A DNA stretch of 64,000 bases from an uncultured Caulobacteraceae bacterium (GTDB taxonomy: Bacteria; Pseudomonadota; Alphaproteobacteria; Caulobacterales; Caulobacteraceae), in NCBI GenBank assembly GCA_903872075.1, contig CAIQJF010000004.1, positions 94,307 through 158,306 on the forward strand, in the 5' to 3' direction. Under the pieces are notes generated by a model that had not been told where the DNA came from, made no database searches, and worked only from the letters and a program-made list of their open reading frames with translations. How positions within the stretch are numbered: the stretch's first letter is position 1; each line of letters opens with the position of its first letter. Shown here one piece after another: positions 36,251-45,480 of this stretch. The translations under genes and the position numbers were made by a program.

Positions 36251-38289
36251 GCTATCGCCTGGGCGTCGACGTCGGCGGCACCTTCACCGACTTCCTGATC
36301 ATCGACGAGGCCACCGGCCGCACGTTCCGCGACAAGGCGCCCTCGACCCCGCACGATCCCAGCGAAGCGGTGATCGCCGGCGCCCGGGCCCTGTGCGCGC
36401 GGGCGGAAATCTCGCCGACCGAGTTGGAGCTGTTCCTGCACGGCACCACCGTCGCCACCAACGCGGTGCTGGAACACAAGATCGCCCGGGTGGGGCTGAT
36501 CGTCACCGAGGGTTATCGCGACATTCTGCAGATCGCCCGAAGCCTGGTGCCCGGCGGCCTGGCGGCCTGGATCGTCTGGCCCAAGCCCACGCCCATGGCC
36601 CCGCTGGAGGCAACCATCGAGGCCCCCGAGCGCATGGGCGCCGACGGCCAGATCGTGCGCCCGCTGGACGAGGCCGGGTTGCGGCGGAACCTGCGGCGCC
36701 TGGCCGAGGAGAAGGTCGAGGCGGTGACGGTCTGCCTGATCAACTCCTATCTCAACGACGCCCATGAGCGGCGGGTGGCCGAGATCGTGGCCGAGGAGCT
36801 TCCGGGCCTGCCGGTGAGCCTCTCGGCCGACATCCTGCCGGAGATGCAGGAATATGAGCGGGCCCTGACCACTGTGGCCAATTCGGCCGTGCGCCCGACC
36901 GTGTCGCGCTATGTGGGCAATCTGGAGCGCGAACTGCGCGCCTGGGGCACCGAGGCCAAGCTCAGTCTGTTGCGCTCGGACGGCGGGCTGATGTCGGCGG
37001 ACAAGAGCCGCGCGGCGCCGGTGAACCTGTTGATGTCGGGCCCGGCCGGCGGCGTGGCCGGGGCCGTGTGGGTGGCCAAGAACGCCGGCTTCCCCAACAT
37101 CCTGACCCTGGACATGGGCGGCACCTCCACGGATGTGGCCCTGATCGAGAACTACGAGCCGCGCCTGCGGCGGGAGACCAGCGTCGGACACCTGACGGTG
37201 CGGGCCTCGTCGCTGGACGTAAAGACGGTGGGGGCCGGCGGCGGTTCGATCGCCTCGGTGCCGGAACTGACCCGGGCCCTGCGCGTGGGACCGCAGTCGG
37301 CCGGCGCCGCGCCGGGACCGGCCGCCTATGGCCGGGGCGGCGAGCAGCCGACCGTGACCGACGCCAATGTGGTGCTGGGCTATCTGCCGGAGAACCTGCT
37401 GGGGGGCGCCTTCAAGCTGGACCGCGACGCGGCGCGCCGGGCCGTGCAGCTGGTGGCCGACGCGCTTGGCCTGTCGCTGATGGAGGCGGCGGCCGGCATC
37501 GTCTCGATCGTCAATGAGACCATGTACGGGGCGCTGCGGCTGGTGTCGGTGCAGCAGGGCTACGATCCCCGCGACTTCGCCCTGATGGCCTTCGGCGGGG
37601 CCGGTCCGCTGCACGGCAACGCCCTGGGCGTGCTCATGGGCAGCTGGCCGGTGATCATCCCGCCCTCCCCCGGCGTGCTCTGCGCCTACGGCGACGCCAC
37701 CACCCGCCTGCGGGTGGACGCCCAACGCAGCTTCAACAAACTGGTGACCCAGACCACCGACGCCGAGGTCGAGGCGGTGACCGCCGAGGTGATCGCCCAG
37801 GTGACGGCCGAACTGGAGGCCGAGGGCGTGGCCCGGACCGATCAGACGCTGAGGATCGAGGTGGACGTGCGTTACGCCGGCCAGGCCTTCGAGGTGCCGC
37901 TGGAAAAGCCGCCGGGATCGGACATTGCCGACCTGACCGGACGGTTCGACGCCGAGCACAAGCGCCTGTTCACCTTCAACCTGCCGACGCCGCAGGAGCT
38001 GGTGAATATCCGGGTCATCGCCCTGGGCAAGTCGGCCAATGTGAGCGCCGAACGCATCGCCGAGGGCGACGGCGACCCCGCCGGCGCGCGCCTCTACGAC
38101 CACGAGGTCTGGATGGACGGCCGCGCCCAGGGCGCGGCGATCTATGACCGGGCGAAACTGCGGGCCGGCGACATCGTTCCCGGCCCGGCGGTGGTCACCG
38201 AGATGGACTCAACCACCCTCGTCCTGGCCGGCCACATCGCCACGGTCGACCCCTTTGGCAACATCCTCATCACTCCGGAGACGCGCTGA
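36247..38289 (+). CDS. Hydantoinase A / 5-oxoprolinase ATP-binding subunit
   Basis: DVGGTFTD, HGTTVATN, SGPAGG and DMGGTSTD motifs. Confidence 0.95.
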   Translation: MSYRLGVDVGGTFTDFLIIDEATGRTFRDKAPSTPHDPSEAVIAGARALCARAEISPTELELFLHGTTVATNAVLEHKIARVGLIVTEGYRDILQIARSLVPGGLAAWIVWPKPTPMAPLEATIEAPERMGADGQIVRPLDEAGLRRNLRRLAEEKVEAVTVCLINSYLNDAHERRVAEIVAEELPGLPVSLSADILPEMQEYERALTTVANSAVRPTVSRYVGNLERELRAWGTEAKLSLLRSDGGLMSADKSRAAPVNLLMSGPAGGVAGAVWVAKNAGFPNILTLDMGGTSTDVALIENYEPRLRRETSVGHLTVRASSLDVKTVGAGGGSIASVPELTRALRVGPQSAGAAPGPAAYGRGGEQPTVTDANVVLGYLPENLLGGAFKLDRDAARRAVQLVADALGLSLMEAAAGIVSIVNETMYGALRLVSVQQGYDPRDFALMAFGGAGPLHGNALGVLMGSWPVIIPPSPGVLCAYGDATTRLRVDAQRSFNKLVTQTTDAEVEAVTAEVIAQVTAELEAEGVARTDQTLRIEVDVRYAGQAFEVPLEKPPGSDIADLTGRFDAEHKRLFTFNLPTPQELVNIRVIALGKSANVSAERIAEGDGDPAGARLYDHEVWMDGRAQGAAIYDRAKLRAGDIVPGPAVVTEMDSTTLVLAGHIATVDPFGNILITPETR

Positions 38290-40163
38290 TGCCCGCGAGG
38301 ATCCTAGCCGCCAACCCCAAACCGTTCGCGCCGGTCGCCATCGATCCGGTGACTCTGGACATCATCGAGAACGCGCTGCGCAACGCGCGGATCGAGATGG
38401 ACGCCACCCTGGTGCGCACGGCCATGTCGCCGGGCATCCGCGAACAGGGTGACGCCTTCCCCTTGATCGCCGATCCGGAGGGCCGGATGATCGTCGGCCA
38501 GTTCGGCAGCTTCATCGGCGGCTTCCTGCGCGCCTATGAGGGGACGATCGAGGACGGGGACATGATCTTCCTGTCCGACCCCTACAGCTGCGAGGGCGCG
38601 ATCAGTCACTCCAACGACTGGCTGGTGCTGCTGCCCGTGTTCCGGGGCGGCCGGCTGGTCGCCTGGACGGCGATGTTCGGCCACCAGTCGGATATCGGCG
38701 GCAAGGTCGCCGGCTCCATGCCCATCGACGCCCGCTCGATCTTCGAGGAAGGCGTGCGCATCCCGCCGGTGAAGATCTACGCCCGCGGTCAGTACAATGG
38801 GGATCTGGTGCGGCTGGTGATGCACCAGACCCGCAAGCCCGACTGGTGCGCCGCCGACCTCAACGCCCTGATCGCCTCCTGCCGCGTGGCGGCGCGCCGC
38901 GTGGACGAGATGTGCGCCCGCTTCGGCGACGACATCTATGTCTCGGCCACCCAGGCCCTGCTGGAGCGCAACCACCGGGCCATGAAGGCCCTGATCGAGA
39001 GCTCGGTGGGCGTCGATCCGGTGACGTTCGAGGACTATATCTGCGACGACGGCGTGGGCTACGGACCCTACAAGATCCGCTGCTCGATGCGCCGCGACGG
39101 CTCGAAGGTGATCCTCGACTTCACGGGCACCGATCCGCAGTCGGCCGCCTCGATCAATTTCTATCTCAACGAGAACATGTTCAAGATGTTCTTCGGAATC
39201 TACATGATCATGGTCTTCGACCCGCAGATCATGTTCAACGACGGGTTCTATGACCTGATCGAGGTGAAGATCCCCGAGGGCTCGCTGCTTAAGCCGCGCT
39301 ATCCCGCCGCCCTGTCGGGCCGCACCCATGCCCTGGGCCGGATCTTCGACATCCTCGGCGGCCTGCTCGGTCAGCGGACGCCGGAATTCCTGTGCGCCGC
39401 CGGCTTCTCGTCCTCGCCGCACCTGATGTACTCGGGGCGCGACAAGGCCGGCGACTGGTTCCAGCTGTTCCAGATCGGCTTCGGCGGCATTCCCGGTAAG
39501 CCGTTCGGCGACGGCCCCGACGGCCACTCCCTGTGGCCGGGCTTCACCAACGTGCCCAACGAGTTCCTCGAGCGCTATTTCCCCCTGCGGATCGAGCGTT
39601 ACGAGGCCCTGGCCGACACCGGCGGCGCAGGGCGCTATCGCGGCGGCAACGGCATCCTGATGACCTACCGCTTCCTGGCGGCCGGCACGGTGTCGATCCA
39701 TGACGACCGATGGTTCATGTATCCCTGGGGCGTCAACGGCGGGAAGCCGGGCCAGCGCGCCCGCAAGATCCTGGAAAAGGCCGACGGAACCCAGACCATT
39801 GTCGCCAACAAGCTCGACAGCCTGGCGGTGGAAGACGGCGATCTGCTGCATTTCATCACCTGGGGCGGCGGCGGCTGGGGCGATCCGCTCGATCGCGAGG
39901 CCGATCTGGTGGCCAAGGAGATTCGCCAGGGATTGGTGACCTCCGCGGGCGCCCTCGCCTATGGCGTCGTCGCGGACGCGGACGGCGTACTCGATATGGC
40001 GGCCACCGACGTCCTGCGGGCGAAGATGCGCGCCGAAGCGGCCCCCCCAGCCCTGTTCGACCGGGGCGGCGAGATCGAGGACCTGCGCGCCCGCTGCGAG
40101 GCGGAAACGGGCCTGCCCGCGCCGCGCCCGCCGGTGTGGACCTTCGCGGCCGCCGCGGAATAG
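38289..40163 (+). CDS. Hydantoinase B / 5-oxoprolinase catalytic subunit
   Basis: DPYSCEGAISHSND, HQSDIGG and GAGRYRGG motifs; TGATG coupling. Confidence 0.95.
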   Translation: MPARILAANPKPFAPVAIDPVTLDIIENALRNARIEMDATLVRTAMSPGIREQGDAFPLIADPEGRMIVGQFGSFIGGFLRAYEGTIEDGDMIFLSDPYSCEGAISHSNDWLVLLPVFRGGRLVAWTAMFGHQSDIGGKVAGSMPIDARSIFEEGVRIPPVKIYARGQYNGDLVRLVMHQTRKPDWCAADLNALIASCRVAARRVDEMCARFGDDIYVSATQALLERNHRAMKALIESSVGVDPVTFEDYICDDGVGYGPYKIRCSMRRDGSKVILDFTGTDPQSAASINFYLNENMFKMFFGIYMIMVFDPQIMFNDGFYDLIEVKIPEGSLLKPRYPAALSGRTHALGRIFDILGGLLGQRTPEFLCAAGFSSSPHLMYSGRDKAGDWFQLFQIGFGGIPGKPFGDGPDGHSLWPGFTNVPNEFLERYFPLRIERYEALADTGGAGRYRGGNGILMTYRFLAAGTVSIHDDRWFMYPWGVNGGKPGQRARKILEKADGTQTIVANKLDSLAVEDGDLLHFITWGGGGWGDPLDREADLVAKEIRQGLVTSAGALAYGVVADADGVLDMAATDVLRAKMRAEAAPPALFDRGGEIEDLRARCEAETGLPAPRPPVWTFAAAAE

Positions 40164-40168
40164 TCCCC

Positions 40169-41371
40169 ATGTCCGAGATCAAGACCGAGAACCGTGGGCC
40201 ACTGCGGGGCATCCGCGTGGTGGAGATGGGCCAGCTGATCGCCGGCCCGTTCTGCGGCCAGCTGCTCGGCGATATGGGCGCCGACGTGATCAAGCTCGAA
40301 CCGCCCGGCAAGGGCGATCCGATGCGCGACTGGGGCCGGGGCGACCTGCGCCTATGGTGGGAAGTGGTGGCGCGCAACAAGCGCAGCGTCTCGCTCAATC
40401 TGCGCGTGCCCGAAGGCCAGGAGATCGCCCGCCAGCTGATCGCCACCGCGGACATCCTGATCGAGAACTTCCGGCCCGGCACCCTGGAGAAGTGGGGCAT
40501 GAGCCCCGCCGACCTGCACGCCCTCAATCCCCGCCTGATCATCGTGCGGGTGTCCGGCTACGGCCAGAGCGGCCCCTACAGCGAACGCGCCGGGTTCGGC
40601 GGAATCGGCGAGGCCATGGGCGGCTGGCGCGCCATCGTCGGCGACGCGGACCGGCCGCCGAGCCGCATGGGCGTGTCGATCGGCGACACCTTGGCGGCCA
40701 CCTACGGCTGCCTGGGCGCACTGGCGGCCCTCCGCCACCGCGAACTGACCGGCGAGGGTCAGGTGGTGGATTCGGCGCTCTATGAAGCCGTGCTGCAGGT
40801 GATGGAAAGCCTGATCCCCGACTACAGCGTCGGCGGCTATGTCCGGGAACGGTCGGGGTCGATCCTGCCCGGCATCGCACCCTCGAACGTTTATCAGTGT
40901 ACGGACGGCGAGTATCTGATCGGCGCCAACCAGGACAGCGTGTTCGCCCGGCTGTGCGCGGCCATGGGCCGTCCCGAACTGGCCACGGACGCGCGGTTCA
41001 TCGATCATATCTCGCGCGGAACACACCAGGGCGAACTTGACGGCCTGATCAACGACTGGACCCGGACCCTCACGGTCGAGGCGGTCGAGACGCTGATGGT
41101 CAAGCACGCGATCCCCGCCGGCCGGGTCTACCGGCCCGCCGATATCATCGCCGATCCGCACGTCCAGGCGCGCGAGGCGGTGGTCGAGGTCGCCCATCCG
41201 CGCTGGAAGAGCCTGAAAATGCAGTCTGTCTTCCCGCGCCTGTCGAAATCCCCCGGCGCGATCCGCTCGATCGCACCGCAGACCGTCGGCGAGAACAACC
41301 TCGAGGTGCTGGGCGAACTCGGCCTGACCGCGGACGACTGCGAGCGACTGACCGGCTCCGGCGTGCTCTGA
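40169..41371 (+). CDS. Class III (CaiB/BaiF) CoA-transferase
   Basis: AGPFCGQLLGDMGADVIKLE, RNKRSV, ENFRPG and GDTLAA (catalytic Asp). Confidence 0.95.
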   Translation: MSEIKTENRGPLRGIRVVEMGQLIAGPFCGQLLGDMGADVIKLEPPGKGDPMRDWGRGDLRLWWEVVARNKRSVSLNLRVPEGQEIARQLIATADILIENFRPGTLEKWGMSPADLHALNPRLIIVRVSGYGQSGPYSERAGFGGIGEAMGGWRAIVGDADRPPSRMGVSIGDTLAATYGCLGALAALRHRELTGEGQVVDSALYEAVLQVMESLIPDYSVGGYVRERSGSILPGIAPSNVYQCTDGEYLIGANQDSVFARLCAAMGRPELATDARFIDHISRGTHQGELDGLINDWTRTLTVEAVETLMVKHAIPAGRVYRPADIIADPHVQAREAVVEVAHPRWKSLKMQSVFPRLSKSPGAIRSIAPQTVGENNLEVLGELGLTADDCERLTGSGVL

Positions 41372-41407
41372 TGTGGGAGGCCAGGGCCCAGAGGCCCTGG
41401 CCGTCGG

Positions 41408-41980
41408 TCACGCCCCGGGGCCGTGGGTGGCGAGGAGGTCGACCATGTCGCTGGCGTGGTCTTCCTCAACGGCCAGGAAGCCCTCGATCATCACCCGCGT
41501 GGTGGGATCGTTATCGCCGAAATAGCGCGCCAGTTCACGGTAGTGGTCGATGGCGATTCGTTCGGCGACCAGGTTCTCCTTGATCATGTCCAGCAGACTG
41601 CCGGCGGCGCCGTATTCCGACGCAGATCTGGCGGCCAGGCCCTTGGGATCGAAATTGGGCGTCCCGCCGAGCTGGTTGATGCGTTCGGCCGCGGCCATGG
41701 CGTGTTCGTGCTCCTCCTGGGCGTGCTGACGGAACTCGGCCTTGGCGCCCTCGCTGGCCAGTCCCGTGGCGACGATGGCGTGCTGGGTGTAGCGCAGAAC
41801 GCAGACCAGCTCGGTGGCCAGAACCGTTTGCAGAATCTCGATGGTGCGGGCCACGTCGCCGCCGTAGGTCTCGCTCACAGGACCCTGCTCGATGTGCCGC
41901 CGGGCGCGGTCCCGCAAGGTCTTCACGTCGCTGATGAACGGAACGGCGGTCTGAACCTCGGCGAGGGCGATTTTCTTCAT
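41408..41980 (-). CDS. Ferritin-like (bacterioferritin/Dps-type) protein
   Basis: TELVCVLRY, EEHEH, ERIAI and EEDH diiron-type motifs. Confidence 0.85.
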   Translation of the reverse strand: MKKIALAEVQTAVPFISDVKTLRDRARRHIEQGPVSETYGGDVARTIEILQTVLATELVCVLRYTQHAIVATGLASEGAKAEFRQHAQEEHEHAMAAAERINQLGGTPNFDPKGLAARSASEYGAAGSLLDMIKENLVAERIAIDHYRELARYFGDNDPTTRVMIEGFLAVEEDHASDMVDLLATHGPGA

Positions 41981-42047
41981 GGGACGGCTCCGATGCAGGC
42001 AGGCGTTGGGTGAGGGGAGAGGCCGCGCCTCCGAAGCGCGCCCTGAC

Positions 42048-43595
42048 CTAACCCCCCGCGGACGAACCCGTTCCGCCCTCGGACTCGAAGAGCTGTTCAA
42101 TCTCCAGTGACTGACGGTCACGGCCGATGGTCGCCAGGGCCATCAGCCGCCCCTCGCTGAAGTACCGCACGGCCGCGTCGCCCGCGGGGATAGATCCGTC
42201 GACAACCGCCGCGTCGAAAGCGGCGGCGTGGCCGACATAGCTGATCGTGAGGTCGTAGTGCGCTGACCAGAAGAACGGCGGGTCGGTGAACACGCCCGCC
42301 TGGCCGAGCAGCACCCGCGCCACATGCTGGCCCTGGCGCGCCGCCGCCGCCCAGTGCTCAACGCGAATCCTCTCGCCTGTCCGGGCGTCGGGATAGAGCG
42401 CCACGTCGCCGGCCGCGTACACCCCCGTGGCGTCGGTCCGGAAGTGGCCGTCGACGACAACCCCCTTGTCGACGGCGAGGCCCGCCGCATTGGCCAGGCC
42501 GATCCGAGGCCGTACGCCGACGCCGACGACGACGAGGTCCGCCTCGACAGCGGAGCCGTCGTCCAGGCCGAGGCGCCCATCGCGAAAGCCGGTCACCGTC
42601 CGGCCAAGGTGGAATGTCACCCCGTGGGCCTCATGCAGGGACCGCAGGAAGGCCCCGACATCGGGTCCCAGAATGCGGGCCAGGGGAATCGTCTCGGGCG
42701 CGACGACGCTGACCGCCAAGCCGCGGACGATGAGGGCGGCGGCGACCTCCAGGCCGATGAAGCTGGCCCCGACCACCGCCACGCGCCGCGCCCCGGCAGT
42801 GGCGGCGATGATCGCCTCGGCGTCGGCAAGTGAGCGCAGGAACAACACCCGGTCAGAGTCGAAGCCCGGTAGCGGCGGTCGCACGGGTTCGGCGCCGGTC
42901 GCCAGGATCAAGGCGTCGAACTCCAGCTCCGCGCCGTTGTCGAGGAAGACCCTACGGCTGGCGGGATCGAAGGCGTTGACCTTCACGCCGGTCCTCAGAT
43001 CGATGGACTGGGCGGCGTAGAAGGCCGCGGGGCGCAGCGGCATCCAGTCGCGCGGGGCCGTCCCAGCGAGAAAGTCCTTGGAACAGTTGGGCCGGTCGTA
43101 AGGCGGATCGGCATCGTCGCTGACCAGGGTCACATCGCCGTCGAAGCCCTCACGGCGCAGCAATTCGGCAGCCGCGAACCCGGCCGCACCGCCGCCCACA
43201 ATGACCACCCGCCGCGGCGCCGCCGGCCGTCGATGGGGCGCGATCGCCGGCGCGGGCGTCGCCCGGCCGCTTACCGTCACCCGGCCATCCGTCTCGTCGA
43301 CGTTCCAACAGGCGAGCGGATCGATCGCCGGGGCGCCGATCGCCTCGCCGGTCTTCAGGCAGAAGCTGGCGTGGTGCCAAGGGCAGCGCAGCGTCTCGCC
43401 CACCACCAGCCCGTCGGCCAGAGGCGCGTGGTAATGTGTACAGAGAGCGTCCACCGCCCGCAGGACACCACCGACCCGGGCGAGAAGCACAGGCTCGCCG
43501 CCCACATGCCCGGCGAGGAGGGCGCCATCCGGAATATCGGCGGCCGGGACTCCAAGCGTCAGATCAGGTCCGGACGGCGGGGTGTTGGCGGTCAT
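42048..43595 (-). CDS. Rieske [2Fe-2S]-FAD oxidoreductase fusion (AIF-like)
   Basis: CTH...CPWH Rieske ligands; GGGAAG and GASFIG dinucleotide motifs; YAAGD. Confidence 0.9.
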   Translation of the reverse strand: MTANTPPSGPDLTLGVPAADIPDGALLAGHVGGEPVLLARVGGVLRAVDALCTHYHAPLADGLVVGETLRCPWHHASFCLKTGEAIGAPAIDPLACWNVDETDGRVTVSGRATPAPAIAPHRRPAAPRRVVIVGGGAAGFAAAELLRREGFDGDVTLVSDDADPPYDRPNCSKDFLAGTAPRDWMPLRPAAFYAAQSIDLRTGVKVNAFDPASRRVFLDNGAELEFDALILATGAEPVRPPLPGFDSDRVLFLRSLADAEAIIAATAGARRVAVVGASFIGLEVAAALIVRGLAVSVVAPETIPLARILGPDVGAFLRSLHEAHGVTFHLGRTVTGFRDGRLGLDDGSAVEADLVVVGVGVRPRIGLANAAGLAVDKGVVVDGHFRTDATGVYAAGDVALYPDARTGERIRVEHWAAAARQGQHVARVLLGQAGVFTDPPFFWSAHYDLTISYVGHAAAFDAAVVDGSIPAGDAAVRYFSEGRLMALATIGRDRQSLEIEQLFESEGGTGSSAGG

Positions 43596-43680
43596 AGGCG
43601 GCGCTCCGGGGCTGAGCCTTCCGCAACGGAGGACTATCAGGAGAACGCGCGAGGGCGCGAAAGGCGCCGGTATCGCCGCC

Positions 43681-45480
43681 CTATCTCGCCTCGCCCGCCA
43701 GGGTGATGTCGCGCCAGGTCTGGCGGAAGTCGGCGCTGGTCTCGAGAAGGCTTTCCAGGGTCCCGCGCGCGGCGACGCGGCCGTGGCTGAGCAGGATGAT
43801 CTCGTCGGCGCGGCGATAGGCTTCCGGCCGATGGGAGACCGCCAGGCAGGTCCGGCCGCCGCCGTCGAGCAGGCGCTGCCAGAACAGCCGCTCGGTGCGC
43901 ACGTCCAGCGCGCTGGAGGCGTCGTCGAGAAGGATCAGGTCGGGCTCGCGCAGGAACATGCGGGCGGCGGCGGCGCGCTGCAGCTGGCCGCCCGACAGGG
44001 TGACGCCGCGCGTCCCGACGATGGTCTCCAGGCCTTTCTCCATCTCGGCCAAATCGTCCTCGAGGATGGCCAGGCGGATCGCCCGGGCCAGGGCGGCGCC
44101 GTCATCGTCGATGCCCATGAGCAGGTTGTCGCGCAGGCTCTCGCTGAACAGGCGCGGGGCCTGGGCGGTATAGGCGCAGTGCGGCGGGATCATGAAAGTG
44201 GCCGGATCGGCGACGGGCCGGCCGTTCCACAGAATCTCGCCGCCCTGCAGCGGGACGAGGCCGAGCAGGGCCTTGATCAAGGTGGTCTTGCCCGCGCCCA
44301 CCTCGCCGGCCACCACCGTCAGACCACCACGGCGCAGGGTGAGGCTGACGTCCTCTATGCCCCGCCGGGTATCCGAATAGAGGCTAGTGAGTCCCCGGGC
44401 CTGCAGAACATCGAGCGGGTCGTTGTAGTCGGCGATCGGAGGCGGCGTGGGGCGAGGCGCGGTCAGGGCGTAGGGAGCCGCGCCCTCCAGACCCGCCTCC
44501 ATCCGGCCGATGGACACCGCGGCGGTGCGGCGGCGGGCCATCAGACGTCCGATCCATTGCGGCCCGACCGAAGCGAAGCCCGTGTAGGCGACGAACAGGG
44601 TGAAGTCGCCCACCGTGAAGGCGCCCTGGCGCAGAGCGCCCGCCGAGATCAGCAGCACCAGGCCCAGGCCGATGCGGCCCATGTTGTTGCTGACCGTGTC
44701 GAGCATGACATTGAAGATTTGATCGGCGACAGCGGCCTTGCGGCGGGTGTCGTTGAGCGCGGTCAGGCGGCTCAGGATCCGGTGCTCGGCCGAGGCGACC
44801 TGGATCGCCTGGACCGCGCCGAAGGTCTCGCCGAGGAAGCCGGTGACCCGCGCGGTCGCCTCGCGGTTGAGGCGCCGATAGTGGTGGATGCGCAGGGCCA
44901 GATGGTTGGTCAGGATGACGATCAACACCATGGGCACGGCCGCCACGGCCGCGATGGCGGGACTGATCGAGGCCATGATCGTCAAGGAGACGATCGTGAA
45001 GACGATCAGACCGGAGAGATCTACCCAGGCCTCCACGAACCAGACGATGGCCAGGGCGTCGTCGCGGAAGCGGCTGACCATGTCCCCCACCGAGGCGGGC
45101 AGGCTCTTGGGGCCAGGGGCGGCCACGAGATGGCCCAGGAGGTTGCGGCGGAGCATCCCCTCCATGGCGTAGGCGAAGGCGAACCAGGCGGCCGAGGCGC
45201 CGAACAGGACCAGCTGGGGCAGGAGCTGAGCGCCGAGCAGCAGGCCGACCAGGGTCCAGAGATCGAGCCCCGCGCGGGCGTGACCGCCGAGGCGATCGAA
45301 CACCGCCCGCATGAAGAGGCCGCCAAGCAGAGGCAGGCTGTAGAAAACAATGTAGCCGGCGATATTGGCGGTGAAGAGCCAGGGATGGGCGCGCGCCAGG
45401 CCCCAGCCGTGGCGCCAGGCTCCGCCCTGGCCGGCCGGATCGAGGGTCTCGGCCCGCGCGGAGTCGGTGGTCGCAGTCAC
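43681..45480 (-). CDS. ABC exporter half-transporter (TMD-NBD)
   Basis: Six TM segments; GEVGAGKTT, LSGGQ and LDD motifs. Confidence 0.9.
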   Translation of the reverse strand: MTATTDSARAETLDPAGQGGAWRHGWGLARAHPWLFTANIAGYIVFYSLPLLGGLFMRAVFDRLGGHARAGLDLWTLVGLLLGAQLLPQLVLFGASAAWFAFAYAMEGMLRRNLLGHLVAAPGPKSLPASVGDMVSRFRDDALAIVWFVEAWVDLSGLIVFTIVSLTIMASISPAIAAVAAVPMVLIVILTNHLALRIHHYRRLNREATARVTGFLGETFGAVQAIQVASAEHRILSRLTALNDTRRKAAVADQIFNVMLDTVSNNMGRIGLGLVLLISAGALRQGAFTVGDFTLFVAYTGFASVGPQWIGRLMARRRTAAVSIGRMEAGLEGAAPYALTAPRPTPPPIADYNDPLDVLQARGLTSLYSDTRRGIEDVSLTLRRGGLTVVAGEVGAGKTTLIKALLGLVPLQGGEILWNGRPVADPATFMIPPHCAYTAQAPRLFSESLRDNLLMGIDDDGAALARAIRLAILEDDLAEMEKGLETIVGTRGVTLSGGQLQRAAAARMFLREPDLILLDDASSALDVRTERLFWQRLLDGGGRTCLAVSHRPEAYRRADEIILLSHGRVAARGTLESLLETSADFRQTWRDITLAGEAR

